DNA of 64,000 bases from Planctomycetota bacterium (GCA_050248855.1 JBFWRP010000001.1:32001-96000); one strand, 5' to 3'. Shown: positions 32,974 to 43,348, counted from the stretch's first letter. The notes: generated by a model not told the origin, from the sequence alone. Numbers and translations are program-made.

Positions 32974-34378
32974 CGGTCGGCGGCTCCTGGTCAGGCACGG
33001 GGTACCGGTCCCGCACGGCGCGTACCGCGGCGTCGCGATCCACGAGGCGGCCCTCCAGCTGCTCGTCCTGGACCCAGGCGAGGATGCGTCCCATGTCGGG
33101 TCCCGGACGGTGGCCGAGCGCGAGCAGGTCCTTGCCCGTGAGCAGCGGCTCGGGGACGGCCGGCTCCGCGGCAAGCTCCGCGCGGGCGGCTTGCAGGAAG
33201 TCGAGCACGTCACGGGCTCCGTGCGAAGCGCCGCAGTCGGCGGCGTGGAGCCTGAGGTGCAGGTCGAAGTCCGGCTCGGCCAGGAAGCGACGCAGCGTGG
33301 CCCGGCGCATGTGCGGCGTGGCCGCAATGCGCATGTGCTGTCCGATCAGCGCCGCCACGCGTTCGCGTGTGCGCCGGGGGAGGCGCAGTCGCTCGAGCAG
33401 CTGCTCGGCCGCGTCCACGCCCTGCGCATCGTGGCCGTGGAACACGATGCGCCCGTCGGGTTCGCGCCGGAACGTGGTGGGCTTGGCGACGTCGTGCAAG
33501 AGCGCGGCCCAGAGCAGGACCTCCTCGGCGCGACGCGCCTCGGCCTCGGCCTCCACGTCGTCCTCGGCGGCGGCGGGTCGGGGCGGGAATCGCGTGCCGT
33601 CCAGCACCAAGGCGGTGTGCACGAACACGTCCCCCTCGGGATGCCAGCGCGGTGGCTGGGGCACGCCGCGCATGGCCTCGATCTCGGGCAGCACGACGGG
33701 CAGGAGGCGCAGGTCGCGAAGGAGCCGCAGCGCGCGGCCGCGACCGTGGCGCAGGATCTTCCCCAGCTCGTCGCGCACGCGCTCGGCCGACACCTCGGCG
33801 ACACGCGGCGCCATGTCGCGCACCGCGGCTTGCGTACCGGGCTCCAGCGCGAACCCCAGCTGCAGGGCGAACCGCGCGGCGCGCAGGATCCGCAGGTGGT
33901 CCTCCTCGAAGCGATCGTGCGCGTCGCCGATGGCGCGCAGCAAGCGGGCTGCGAGGTCCGCGCGACCGCCGACGTGGTCGTGGATCGCGCCGGTCTCCGG
34001 GTCTTCGAACAACCCGTTGACCGTGAAGTCGCGGCGCGTGGCGTCCGTGGGCGCGTCGCTGAACGTGACGTCGTCCGGCCGGCGCCCGTCCACGTAGCAG
34101 CCGTCCGCGCGGAACGTCGCCACCTCGACGGGGCCGGCGGGCCGCGGGATCACGAGGACGCCGAACTTCGCGCCCACGGTCACCGCTTCGGGGAAGAGCG
34201 CCTCCCCCACCTCGGGGCGCGCACTGGTGGCGATGTCCACGTCCAGCGGCGCTCGCCCGAGCAAGCGGTCGCGGACGGCGCCGCCGCAGAGGAGGGCCTC
34301 GTGCCCCGCGTCCCGCAGGCGACGGGCAACGCCCCGGGCTTCCTCCATGCGGCGATGGGCCAGCGGCTCGTGGCTCAT
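32966..34378 (-). CDS. cca: CCA-adding tRNA nucleotidyltransferase with HD domain
   Basis: GGAVRD, DVDIAT, RRDFTVN, EDHLRILRA, HPEGDV..HT, LLHDVAKP. Confidence 0.92.
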   Translation of the reverse strand: MSHEPLAHRRMEEARGVARRLRDAGHEALLCGGAVRDRLLGRAPLDVDIATSARPEVGEALFPEAVTVGAKFGVLVIPRPAGPVEVATFRADGCYVDGRRPDDVTFSDAPTDATRRDFTVNGLFEDPETGAIHDHVGGRADLAARLLRAIGDAHDRFEEDHLRILRAARFALQLGFALEPGTQAAVRDMAPRVAEVSAERVRDELGKILRHGRGRALRLLRDLRLLPVVLPEIEAMRGVPQPPRWHPEGDVFVHTALVLDGTRFPPRPAAAEDDVEAEAEARRAEEVLLWAALLHDVAKPTTFRREPDGRIVFHGHDAQGVDAAEQLLERLRLPRRTRERVAALIGQHMRIAATPHMRRATLRRFLAEPDFDLHLRLHAADCGASHGARDVLDFLQAARAELAAEPAVPEPLLTGKDLLALGHRPGPDMGRILAWVQDEQLEGRLVDRDAAVRAVRDRYPVPDQEPPTDA

Positions 34379-34454
34379 GCCGCCTTCCGGCGGTCGATCG
34401 GTGGGAGGGTGGGCGCTCGCACGGGCCGATTGAACCCCGCCGACGAGCCCGATC

Positions 34455-36707
34455 CTACGAGCCGGCCTGCTCCGGTGCGGTCGGCGTCAGGGCGTCCGCG
34501 AGCGCCTGGAGCTCGCTGCGCACCTCCGCGGGCCAGTGGCCGCCGCCGTAGCGGACGTGTTCCTCCCAGGCCGTCAGGCGACGCAGGGAGCGGGCAGCGC
34601 GCGGGTGGCGCGTTGCCGCCTGCGTCTCGAGCTCGCGCGGCGTGGCCGACGGGGCCCGGCGGACGCCACGAGCCCGCAGCAGGGCCAGCATCTCCGCGTA
34701 CGGGCCCGTCGGGCCGGCGGCCTTCGTCGCGGGCGCACGCCGACCCGAACGCCGCCGGGCGAGGCGCAGCGCGACGAGGGCGAGGAGCACGACCAGGGGG
34801 ACGCCGGCCCACGCGCTCTGCGGACCGAAGAGGAGGGCCAGCAGGCGCTCGCCGCGCTTGGCGACGCTCGTCCAGAGCCCTGTCCAGCCCTCGCGGTCCA
34901 AGTCGAACCAAGGGGCCTCGCCTCGTCCACCCTGGACTTCCACGGTGTGCGTCTGGGCGTCGACCGCGCGACGATCCGGAGGCGTGGGGTTGAGGGGAAC
35001 CCAGCCGGCTCCATCGAGGTAGATCTCGGCCCAGGCGTGATAGTGCGTGCCGCGCATGACGAGGCTGCGCCGCTCGTCGCTGGTGGCGTCGCCGCCCCAG
35101 AACCCGCGCACGTAACGAGCGGGATGCCCCAGGCTGCGGAGCAGCACCACGAGGGACGTGGCGTAGCACTCGCAGTGCCCCTGCCGCACGCGGAACAGGA
35201 AGTCCGCCACGCGACGGCTGGGGTCGAGCGGCGGCTGCGCGAGGCTGTACACGAACTCGGGTCCGCGCAGCCACGCCTCCAGGCGCTGCGCCCGCAGCCA
35301 CGGGTCCATCTCGCTCCCGACGACCTCGCGGGCCAACGGCAGTACCTCGGCCCGGAGGTCGTCGGGGAGCTGCAGCCACGCGCGCAACGGGCTGACCGCC
35401 GCGTCGCTCCTGCGTCCGCCAAGCCACGGCGTGTCTCGCGGCAGCGGTCGCGAGGTCTGGCGGATCTCGTCGCCTGCCTCGACGCGACGTGCAGCCGTCC
35501 ACGTACCGTCGTCACGGCGGCGGACCCCTTCGCGCGTGATCGTGCGTCCGGCGCGATGGATCGAGACGTCCAGCACCTGCTCCTCGAGGAACAGGCGGCG
35601 GTGCCCGCCTTGCAGGACCTCGATCGAGAGCCGTCGGGGCGTACCGGGGCCCGGCCGCTCGTCCACCACGACCTCGCCCGCGGCGTTCGCGCGGTAGAGC
35701 AGCGGATCGCGCACGAGCGCTTCGGGTGCTCGCCAGCTGCCGTCGCTGGCCACCTGCGAGAGTGCGTTCTCGCGCAGCACGACGTCGCGCGGCGCGCCGA
35801 TCTCGTCGAGGAGCCGGACTTCGAAGAACGGCCGCGCCGAGGCCTGGATCCGCGCAACGCCCCCGAACGGCACGACGGCCGCGTCGGCGTTGTCCCGTAG
35901 ATCGGGACCCGTGACGCCCGTGCGCCCGCCCTCGCGCGAGCCGACGCGGGCATCTTCCTCCGCGAAGGGCGAGGGGCCCGTCTCGGCCGTGGCCACCTCG
36001 CGCACCCAGGTGGCGAGGCCGCGCGGTGCGAGCGCGTAGAGCAACAGCGTCAGGGGCAGCGCCACGACGAGGAAGCGGAGCGCGAACCCCGCGAGGGGAC
36101 GGAGCCCCGGCGCCGCGCCCTCGGCGACGAGCCTGCGCACGCCCGGCACCTCGCGTCCGCGCACGGTGGCCGGGTCGCGTTCCAACAGCAGGACCGTCCA
36201 GCCGAGCGCACTTGCGAAGGCCAGCACGACGAGCAGGCCGAGGGCGCCCGGCCATGCGGCCACCGAGGCGACGACCTGCACGGCAGCAAGGAACAGGACG
36301 AGGTACGCCGCCGTCGGCCGCGGTGTACGCACGAGCAGGCCGATCTGCGCGACGCCGAGCAGCACCAGGAGCGTGGCGTAGGCGCGCTCGGGGACGTCGC
36401 GAAGCACGTGCAGCGCACCGAGCACGAGGACGGGCGCCAGCGCTGCGGCCAGGCGCGGCCCCCAGCGCCCGGCCAACAACGGCCCGTCGGCGCCCCTCCG
36501 TCGCAGCGCCCGGACCAGCACGGGCAGCGCGACGAGCGCCGGGAGGGCCCGCGGCACGCCGGGCACGACCAGCCCGAGCGCCGTCGCCGCGACGGCCACG
36601 AGGTGCGCGCTGGTCCGTGCCGGTCCGGACAGGACTCCGCGTACGAGGCGCGTCGCGCCGCGTTCCGCGTGTGCGGCGTGCGGGTGGGCCGGCGCGGAGA
36701 CGCTCAC
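34455..36707 (-). CDS. DUF3488 / transglutaminase-like membrane protein (TgpA-like)
   Basis: N-terminal TM helices; GHCECYA, ARYVRGF, HAWAEIY...GWVPLNPTP; GTG 36707 overlaps the upstream TGA. Confidence 0.88.
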   Translation of the reverse strand: MSVSAPAHPHAAHAERGATRLVRGVLSGPARTSAHLVAVAATALGLVVPGVPRALPALVALPVLVRALRRRGADGPLLAGRWGPRLAAALAPVLVLGALHVLRDVPERAYATLLVLLGVAQIGLLVRTPRPTAAYLVLFLAAVQVVASVAAWPGALGLLVVLAFASALGWTVLLLERDPATVRGREVPGVRRLVAEGAAPGLRPLAGFALRFLVVALPLTLLLYALAPRGLATWVREVATAETGPSPFAEEDARVGSREGGRTGVTGPDLRDNADAAVVPFGGVARIQASARPFFEVRLLDEIGAPRDVVLRENALSQVASDGSWRAPEALVRDPLLYRANAAGEVVVDERPGPGTPRRLSIEVLQGGHRRLFLEEQVLDVSIHRAGRTITREGVRRRDDGTWTAARRVEAGDEIRQTSRPLPRDTPWLGGRRSDAAVSPLRAWLQLPDDLRAEVLPLAREVVGSEMDPWLRAQRLEAWLRGPEFVYSLAQPPLDPSRRVADFLFRVRQGHCECYATSLVVLLRSLGHPARYVRGFWGGDATSDERRSLVMRGTHYHAWAEIYLDGAGWVPLNPTPPDRRAVDAQTHTVEVQGGRGEAPWFDLDREGWTGLWTSVAKRGERLLALLFGPQSAWAGVPLVVLLALVALRLARRRSGRRAPATKAAGPTGPYAEMLALLRARGVRRAPSATPRELETQAATRHPRAARSLRRLTAWEEHVRYGGGHWPAEVRSELQALADALTPTAPEQAGS

Positions 36708-38047
36708 GCGAGCCCCTCCACCCACGGCGCAAGGAGGGCAGCGTCCTCGCCCGGAACGACCAGCGAGCGGCCGTGCCGGCCCACCAGGCGCCTCAGCCCG
36801 TCTGCGAGACCCGGCTCCGGGCGGGAGGTGACGTAGACCACCGCGGTGCCCGGTCGCGGCGGCTGCGCCTTGAGGGCGCCGCGGGGGCGCCTTCCACCAC
36901 GGGCCACGACGGCGAGCGCGTCCAGGCCCTGGGCGAGCGGGCGGGCCAGGGCTCCGTCCCGACGCCGTGTCACGCCGCTGCGGCCCCGGTCGAGGACGAG
37001 ACGTGCAGGGCGACCGCTGGACAGCAACGCGCGCCACAACGTGGCGGTGGCGCGCACGGCGCGTTCGAAGTCCGAGCTGGTGCCTCCGGCGCCGAGCACG
37101 AGCGTGACCTCCTGGCCCTGGGCGCCGCGCCACTCCGTGACGATGGGCTCGCCTCGACGCGCCGACGTGCGTGCGTGGACGCGACGAAGGTCATCGCCCT
37201 CGCGCCACGCCCGGACGCCGTGGAGCTCTTCCTCGGTGCGGGCACGCGCATCGAGAGCGAGCGGGTCCTGGGGGCCGCTGGCCAGCCACGCACGAAACCG
37301 CGGACCGGGACGTCCTTCGCTCGGTCGCACCACGAGGCGATCCACGAGAGGCAGCGTCACGTTGCATCGGACCAAGCCCAACGGGAAGCGACTCGTGACG
37401 CGGGGGCCGCGCAAGGTGACGTGCCCGCGCTGGCGCCACGTCACGTTGGTCGTGATCGTCGTCGAGGCGCCGCCCGGGAGGTGCGGCACGTCGACCTCGA
37501 TCGCGCGCGGCATCGAACCGCCGCCGGGGCGGTCCACCACCTTGAGGCCCAGCGCGCCGCGCCGGGCCTCGCGCTTCACCGTCCAGGCCAACGTCGCGGG
37601 TCGCCCCACCGTGGCGCGGGACGGCACGCTGCGGCGCACGCTGATGCCCTCGACGTTGGTACGTGCCAGCCGACGCGCCCACCAGGTCGCGGCCAGGATC
37701 GCGCAGGCCAGCAGCAGGAGCGGATTGCGCCCCAGCACCAGGGCCATCACCGCGAAGCCGAAGCCGCCCCACAGGTAGACCGCCCCCTCCTTCGTGAAGC
37801 GGCGCTCGAACACGGGCTCGAGGGGTCCGCTGGAGCGAGGTGCGCGCGACGACGCCGTCCCCCGGAGGGCGTCCGCGACCCGCCCGCGCCGGGCGCCCCT
37901 GCTGCGAGGCTCATCGCCTCCCGAGCCAGTGCCTCCGGGGCCAGTGCCTCCGGGGCCAGTGCCTCCCCGGCTCGTGCGCGCCAGCCGCGGGCCGCGCAGG
38001 GGCAGCGCGTCGTGGCCGGGCGCTCGGTCGAGGGCGAGGGCGCACAC
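36704..38047 (-). CDS. DUF58 domain protein (start uncertain: GTG 38047 or GTG 37813)
   Basis: SRFPLGL, LHGVRAWREGDDLRRVHARTSARRG, FERAV..TATL; TATACT and GGAG upstream of GTG 38047. Confidence 0.82.
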   Translation of the reverse strand: MCALALDRAPGHDALPLRGPRLARTSRGGTGPGGTGPGGTGSGGDEPRSRGARRGRVADALRGTASSRAPRSSGPLEPVFERRFTKEGAVYLWGGFGFAVMALVLGRNPLLLLACAILAATWWARRLARTNVEGISVRRSVPSRATVGRPATLAWTVKREARRGALGLKVVDRPGGGSMPRAIEVDVPHLPGGASTTITTNVTWRQRGHVTLRGPRVTSRFPLGLVRCNVTLPLVDRLVVRPSEGRPGPRFRAWLASGPQDPLALDARARTEEELHGVRAWREGDDLRRVHARTSARRGEPIVTEWRGAQGQEVTLVLGAGGTSSDFERAVRATATLWRALLSSGRPARLVLDRGRSGVTRRRDGALARPLAQGLDALAVVARGGRRPRGALKAQPPRPGTAVVYVTSRPEPGLADGLRRLVGRHGRSLVVPGEDAALLAPWVEGLA

Positions 38048-38175
38048 GCGGATCGGTGCTCCACGGCCCGGTCCCGGGCCCGCCGGAGTATACGTCTCGA
38101 CCAGCGCCGGGTTCGCCCGGCGGCCACATGCCCACGTCGCGCCTGGCGGGCGTGCAGGGCGCGGGAGAGCACGGC

Positions 38176-38841
38176 ATGGCGGTCGACGCACGGCGGCGAG
38201 AACGAACCTGGCCGTTCGTGCTCGTGCTGCTGGGCACGCTGGCCTACGCCGCCTGGCTGCTTCGAGGCCATGCCGCCGAGGGCCGCGCCCAGTCCTCTCG
38301 CGAGGACGCGGCCCACGAGGCCCTGGTGGCGTTGCGCGACGCCGAGCTGGAGCGTCGCGCTGCGCTCGGCCGCTTCGCGACGCTCGCGGAGCTGGCGTCG
38401 GAGTCGCGCCTGCCGAGCGGATTGGGCGTGACGGACGACGAGGGCGAGCCGCACGTTCTCGTGCCCGGATATCGGCTCGACGTCCTGCTGCCGTGGCGCC
38501 TGGAAGGCGGGCGACTCGTTCGCGTGGCGCGCCCTGCGCGACACGCCCCGGACCCGGAGCTGGCAGCTCGGCACATGATGGTCGTCGCACGGCCGCTACG
38601 TCCGGCTCGCGACGGGTATCGCACGTACGCCACGGACGAGTCCGGGCTCGTCTGGGTATCCGAGGGCGTCTCGGACGACGTGACCGCGGCGCGCAACCCC
38701 CTGCCCGACGCCCATCTGTCGACATCGGCCATCGCCGACACCTCGGGCCGCGTCTGGCACCGCTTGGACCGCCTCGTTCCCTTCGGCGACGAGCGCGGCG
38801 AACGCGATGACCGCGACCACGGCGACGAGCGCGGCGAGTAG
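38176..38841 (+). CDS. Hypothetical membrane-anchored protein, pilin/DUF2950-like
   Basis: N-terminal TM helix, then E.AA..AL..L..AE...FATLAEL...GYR...ARP...GYRTYATDESG. Confidence 0.55.
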   Translation: MAVDARRRERTWPFVLVLLGTLAYAAWLLRGHAAEGRAQSSREDAAHEALVALRDAELERRAALGRFATLAELASESRLPSGLGVTDDEGEPHVLVPGYRLDVLLPWRLEGGRLVRVARPARHAPDPELAARHMMVVARPLRPARDGYRTYATDESGLVWVSEGVSDDVTAARNPLPDAHLSTSAIADTSGRVWHRLDRLVPFGDERGERDDRDHGDERGE

Positions 38842-38961
38842 ACCCCCGGAGCCTGCGGGCGGCCCGAGGCCGGGCAGGGACCCGGGCTGGGCGGGGGGTG
38901 CGCGGGTGTGTGGCCTGCCTGGCCAGGCCGGCGCCCGAGCCGGGGATGCGTTCCCAGGCTC

Positions 38962-39996
38962 TCAGGCGTCGAGGAAGCGTACGCCCCGCGCACCGGCCGC
39001 CGTGTGACCCAGGCGCCAGGCGTCCTCGCCCGCTTCGCGCAGCACCGCGACGGCCTTGTCGGCCTGGGCCTCGTCCACGACCACGACGAGGCCGCAGCCC
39101 ATGTTGAAGACGTGCCAGGCTTCGGCGGCGTCGATGCCCGTGCGCTCGACGATCCAGCGGAAGACGGGGTTGGGCGCGAAGGACGAGCGATCGACCACCG
39201 CCTCGACGCCTTCGGGCAGCACACGCGGCACGTTGTCCTCGAGGCCGCCGCCGGTGATGTGGGCCAAGCCGCGGATCGCGACGACCTTGCGCAGCGCGCG
39301 GATGGGAGCCAGGTACGAGCGATGCGGTCGGCACAGCGCGTCGGCGAGCGTCTCGTTCCAGCCTTCGGGCGTGGTCGCCAGGTCGATGGCGTCGCGTTCG
39401 ATCAGGCGGTTGACCAGCGAGTAGCCGTTCGTGTGCAGGCCATTGGAGCGCACGCCGATCAGGGCCTGGCCCGGGGCGATGCCCCGCGGCCAGACCTCGT
39501 CGGCTTCGACCACGCCGACGAGGAAGCCCACCAGGTCCATCTCGCCGGGCAGGTAGGTCCCCGGCATCTCGGCGGTCTCGCCACCGAGCAAGGCGGCTCC
39601 CGCGGCGCGGCAGGCCTCGACCAGTCCGGTCAGCACGTCCTCGAACTGGTGCGGGTCCAGGTGGCTGGCCGCGAGGTAGTCCAGGAAGAACAGGGGCTCG
39701 GCGCCCTGCACGAGCACGTCGTTGACGCAGTGGTTGACGATGTCGTGGCCGAGCCCCTTCAGGCGGCCGGCTCGGAGCGCCAAGCGTGTCTTGGTCCCGA
39801 CGCCGTCGTTGCTGGCCACCAGGATGGGATGGCGCATGCCCTCGAAGCGGCCGCTGAACATGCCGCCGAAGGCGCCGAGCTCGTGCCGGACCCCTGGCCC
39901 GAACGTGGTGCGCACGAGCGCGCCGATGTCGCGGAGCATGCGCCCCTTCTTGTCGATGTCCACGCCTGCGTCGCGATAGGTGAGCCGACTCGTCAT
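38962..39996 (-). CDS. purM: Phosphoribosylformylglycinamidine cyclo-ligase
   Basis: TYRDAGVDI, DGVGTK, GGETAEMPG, SNGLHTNGYSL, HITGGG, FNMGCG. Confidence 0.97.
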   Translation of the reverse strand: MTSRLTYRDAGVDIDKKGRMLRDIGALVRTTFGPGVRHELGAFGGMFSGRFEGMRHPILVASNDGVGTKTRLALRAGRLKGLGHDIVNHCVNDVLVQGAEPLFFLDYLAASHLDPHQFEDVLTGLVEACRAAGAALLGGETAEMPGTYLPGEMDLVGFLVGVVEADEVWPRGIAPGQALIGVRSNGLHTNGYSLVNRLIERDAIDLATTPEGWNETLADALCRPHRSYLAPIRALRKVVAIRGLAHITGGGLEDNVPRVLPEGVEAVVDRSSFAPNPVFRWIVERTGIDAAEAWHVFNMGCGLVVVVDEAQADKAVAVLREAGEDAWRLGHTAAGARGVRFLDA

Positions 39997-40133
39997 GGGC
40001 CGGAAGGTAGCGCCGGGGACCCCGCTCGCCCCCCTTCGGACGCCTGATCGGGCCATGAGCGCACGGCGTGGCGTGCCCGGTCGTCGGGCCGACGAGGACG
40101 GGCGGGCCGGGAGTCCGGCGGTATCGTGGCCCG

Positions 40134-41339
40134 GTGCCCGAGCCCACCGCCCCCACCGCGGCCCGCGGGCCAAAGCTGCGCCAGCGCGTGGCCGTGCTCG
40201 GCGCCACGGGCTCCGTCGGGGGCGCGGCCCTGGACGTGCTGGAGCAGGAGCGCGCCCGCTTCCGCACGATCGTGCTGGCGGCGTCCACGCAGGGCGACGC
40301 GCTGCTTGCCGCCGCCCGCCGCGTGGGCGCCCCCCGCATCGTCCTCGCGGATCCTGCCGCCGGCCAGGCGCTGGCCGCGCGCTTGCGCCCCGGCGATCCC
40401 GAGCTGTCCTTCGGTCCGGAGGCCGTGCGCGACGCCGCGGCGGCCCCCGACATCGACGTCGTCGTGCAGGGCATCACGGGTGCGGCAGGGCTCGAAGCCA
40501 GCCTCGCCGCGGCACGCTCCGGCAAGCGCATCGCCCTGGCCAACAAGGAGAGCCTCGTCGTGGCGGGGCCCCTCCTCGTGCGCGCGGCGCGTGAAGGGGG
40601 AGCGACCCTGCTGCCGGTGGACAGCGAACACGCCGCGCTCCACCAGGCGCTGCGCGCCGGCCGCCCCGAGGAGGTGCGGCGCCTGGTCCTGACGGCGTCC
40701 GGCGGGCCCTTCCGCGGCAAGCGCCGCGAGGACCTCCTCCACGTCACGCCGGCCCAAGCCCTCGCCCACCCGACCTGGACGATGGGCCCACGGATCACCG
40801 TCGACAGCGCCACCCTCATGAACAAGGCCCTCGAGGTCATCGAGGCCCGCTGGCTGTTCGACGTGGAGCCCGAGCGCATCGAGGTCGTGGTCCATCCGCA
40901 GAGCGTGGTCCACTCCCTGGTCGAGTTCGTGGACGGCAGCGTGGTGGCCCAGATGGGACCGCCCGACATGCGCCTGCCGGTGCGCTACGCGCTGGGCTGG
41001 CCGGACCGCTTGGTCGCATCGGCGCCGCGCTTCGACCCGGCCGACTACGCCCGCCTGACCTTCGAGCCGCCCGACACGGAGACCTTCCCCGCCCTCGGGC
41101 TAGGATTCGAGGCCGCCCGTCGCGGCGGGACCGCCGGAGCCGCCCTCAACGCGGCCGACGAGGCCGCCGTTGCGCGGTTCCTGGCCGGCGACCTGGCCTT
41201 TCTCGACATCACCCGCGTCGTGGCCGACGTCCTGGCCCGCCACCCGTTCGTCGCCGAGCCCGACCTCGCCGACCTGCGTGCCGTGGACGCCTGGGCCCGC
41301 ACGGAGACTGCTCTCGCATGCGAACGCGCCGTTCCCTGA
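40134..41339 (+). CDS. dxr: 1-deoxy-D-xylulose-5-phosphate reductoisomerase
   Basis: LGATGSVG, LANKESLV, PVDSEH, LTASGGPF, HPTWTMG, DSATLMNKALE; start set at GTG 40134. Confidence 0.97.
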   Translation: MPEPTAPTAARGPKLRQRVAVLGATGSVGGAALDVLEQERARFRTIVLAASTQGDALLAAARRVGAPRIVLADPAAGQALAARLRPGDPELSFGPEAVRDAAAAPDIDVVVQGITGAAGLEASLAAARSGKRIALANKESLVVAGPLLVRAAREGGATLLPVDSEHAALHQALRAGRPEEVRRLVLTASGGPFRGKRREDLLHVTPAQALAHPTWTMGPRITVDSATLMNKALEVIEARWLFDVEPERIEVVVHPQSVVHSLVEFVDGSVVAQMGPPDMRLPVRYALGWPDRLVASAPRFDPADYARLTFEPPDTETFPALGLGFEAARRGGTAGAALNAADEAAVARFLAGDLAFLDITRVVADVLARHPFVAEPDLADLRAVDAWARTETALACERAVP

Positions 41340-43348
41340 CCCGCCGCCTCCCCCCCTACCGCGTGCTCACGCGGTGCGCCGTCGTGGCCACGGGCCTGCC
41401 GCTGGCGCTCTCGCTTCCGGGTGGGTCGATGATCCTCGCCATCCTCGGCATCGGGTTCCTGATCTTCGTGCACGAGTGGGGTCACTACGCCGCCTGTCGG
41501 CTCACGGGCACGCGCACGGAGACCTTCGCGATCGGCTTCGGCCCGCGCCTCTTCGGCTGGGAGAAGGACCGCGACGGCAAGCGCCGCTTCACGGTCGGCG
41601 AGCGCCAGCTGGACCCGGAAGACCACGCGATGGACTTCCGCATCAGCGCGATCCCGCTCGGCGGCTACGTCAAGATGGCGGGCGAGATCCCGGGCGAGGG
41701 CACCACCGGGGCAGAGGACGAGTTCCCGCAGAAGACCGCTTCCCAGCGCGCCTTCATCATCAGCGCCGGCGTCATCATGAACCTGATCACGGCGGTCGTG
41801 TTCTACGCCCTCACCTACGGCATGGGTCGTCCGACGCCGCCTCCCGTGATCGCGTCGGTCGAGTCGGGTGGCGGCGCCTGGGAGGCCGGGCTCCGGGCCG
41901 GCGACCGCGTGGTGAGCATCGATGGCAACGCCATCGACAGCGACATCGACCTGCTCATGCAGGCGGCCCTGGCCAGCCACGAGCCGGCGCACATCGTCTA
42001 CACGCGCGACGGCGAGCGCCGCGAGACACGCGTCCAGGCGCGCCACGACGCCGAGCTCGGCCGCATGCGCATGGGCTTCAGCCCGGCCCAGGTCGCGCTC
42101 GTCCTCGGCCGCGACGACCAGGCGCCGCGCATCGGCCCGGAGACGAAGGCCTTGGTCGGCGGCATTCCGGTCGTGGGCGGCCGCGAGGCGCTCGAGCAGC
42201 TGCACTTGCTGCTGGCACGCGGCATCGTGCCCGTCGTGGTCGAGGTGGACGGCCAGCGCGTGGAGCTCGCGCCTACGCCGCCCAAGAAGGGCGTGGAGCC
42301 CTCCGAGCCGGCGCCGCGCTTCCTCGGTCTCGAGCCGTTCCATCCGGTCGTGGTCGGCCAGGTGCTCGAGCCCGCGTCCGCCGTGTTGCGCACGGGGGAT
42401 GTGCTGCTCGCTCCCGCCGCTGCCGACGGTGGCGCCACACGGCAGATCGGCTCGGCGGGCGCCTGGCTCGCCGCTGCCCAAGGCGACGCGGCGTGGACGG
42501 GGATCCGGGTCCGCCGCGGCGACACCGAGCAGACCCTGGCGGTGAGCTTGCCCACGGTGGGCGAACGGCTGGCGTTCCTCCGCTCGGTCCACCTGGAGGA
42601 CGAGGACGACGGCGGAGCCCGCGTGTCCGCCACGCCGGGGCTCGTCCAGGTCGACGACGTCGAGGCCAACACCACTTGGTGGTACCAGGCGCCCGACTCC
42701 GCGGCCGCCGAAGGGGGCTGGCAGGACGGGGATCGCCTCCGCCGGGTGGGCGAGATCGAGGTCGGTACGTTCGTGGGTGCGCAGGGCGTGATCCGCACGC
42801 TGCCCGCGGGCAAGGCCGTCGAGGTCGAGGTCGAGGGCGTCGATGGCACGCGCCGCACGCTCGCGATCGAGGCCCGCCCGGGCACGCTGGTGGGTCAGCT
42901 GCCCGTCGACCTGGTGCCGGCGCTCGAGACGCCGCCCGGCAAGCCCTTCCTCGGCGCGCTGGGCGCCGGTGCGCGCCGCACGTGGGTCGAGGTCGTCAAC
43001 ACGTTCCGCACGATCGGCGCCTTCTTCACGGGACGGGTCTCGTTCGCGAAGAACGTGGGTGGCCCCATCATGATCGTGAAGGCGAGCAGCGATTTCGCCG
43101 ACCGCGGGTTCCTGCAGCTGCTCTGGTTCCTCGCCTACGTCAGCGTGATGCTGGCCGTGCTGAACATCCTGCCCATCCCCGTCCTGGATGGCGGCCACCT
43201 GCTGTTCATCCTCATCGAGAAGATCAAGGGCTCTCCGCTCAAGGACAGCACGATGTTCAACCTCCAGAAGGTCGGCATGGTGTTGCTCCTGGCGTTGATG
43301 GTCTTCGCCTTCTGGAACGACATCCAGCGCATCATCCTCCGTTCATGA
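41318..43348 (+). CDS. rseP: RIP metalloprotease RseP (M50, multiple PDZ); alternative start ATG 41429
   Basis: HEWGH, IPLGGYVKM, NILPIPVLDGGH; follows dxr. Confidence 0.93.
   Translation: MRTRRSLTRRLPPYRVLTRCAVVATGLPLALSLPGGSMILAILGIGFLIFVHEWGHYAACRLTGTRTETFAIGFGPRLFGWEKDRDGKRRFTVGERQLDPEDHAMDFRISAIPLGGYVKMAGEIPGEGTTGAEDEFPQKTASQRAFIISAGVIMNLITAVVFYALTYGMGRPTPPPVIASVESGGGAWEAGLRAGDRVVSIDGNAIDSDIDLLMQAALASHEPAHIVYTRDGERRETRVQARHDAELGRMRMGFSPAQVALVLGRDDQAPRIGPETKALVGGIPVVGGREALEQLHLLLARGIVPVVVEVDGQRVELAPTPPKKGVEPSEPAPRFLGLEPFHPVVVGQVLEPASAVLRTGDVLLAPAAADGGATRQIGSAGAWLAAAQGDAAWTGIRVRRGDTEQTLAVSLPTVGERLAFLRSVHLEDEDDGGARVSATPGLVQVDDVEANTTWWYQAPDSAAAEGGWQDGDRLRRVGEIEVGTFVGAQGVIRTLPAGKAVEVEVEGVDGTRRTLAIEARPGTLVGQLPVDLVPALETPPGKPFLGALGAGARRTWVEVVNTFRTIGAFFTGRVSFAKNVGGPIMIVKASSDFADRGFLQLLWFLAYVSVMLAVLNILPIPVLDGGHLLFILIEKIKGSPLKDSTMFNLQKVGMVLLLALMVFAFWNDIQRIILRS

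Noticed and set aside
37926..37968. 15-bp tandem repeat (CCAGTGCCTCCGGGG, about 3 copies) as a phase-variation switch
   Set aside because: The unit is a multiple of 3 (GGTGP linker), so copy-number change would not shift the frame.
38784..38837. 18-bp direct repeat as a target-site duplication
   Set aside because: In-frame low-complexity tail (GDERGE twice) only 18 bp apart, with no element between.
38890..38961. Third copy of repeat family C downstream of purM
   Set aside because: Only a short GGATGCGTT match; no arms or length conservation.
36704..40969. 1421-aa minus-strand ORF as one giant protein
   Set aside because: Only the last 370-450 aa (DUF58) look real; the rest is stop-free shadow across dxr, purM and the 38176 gene.
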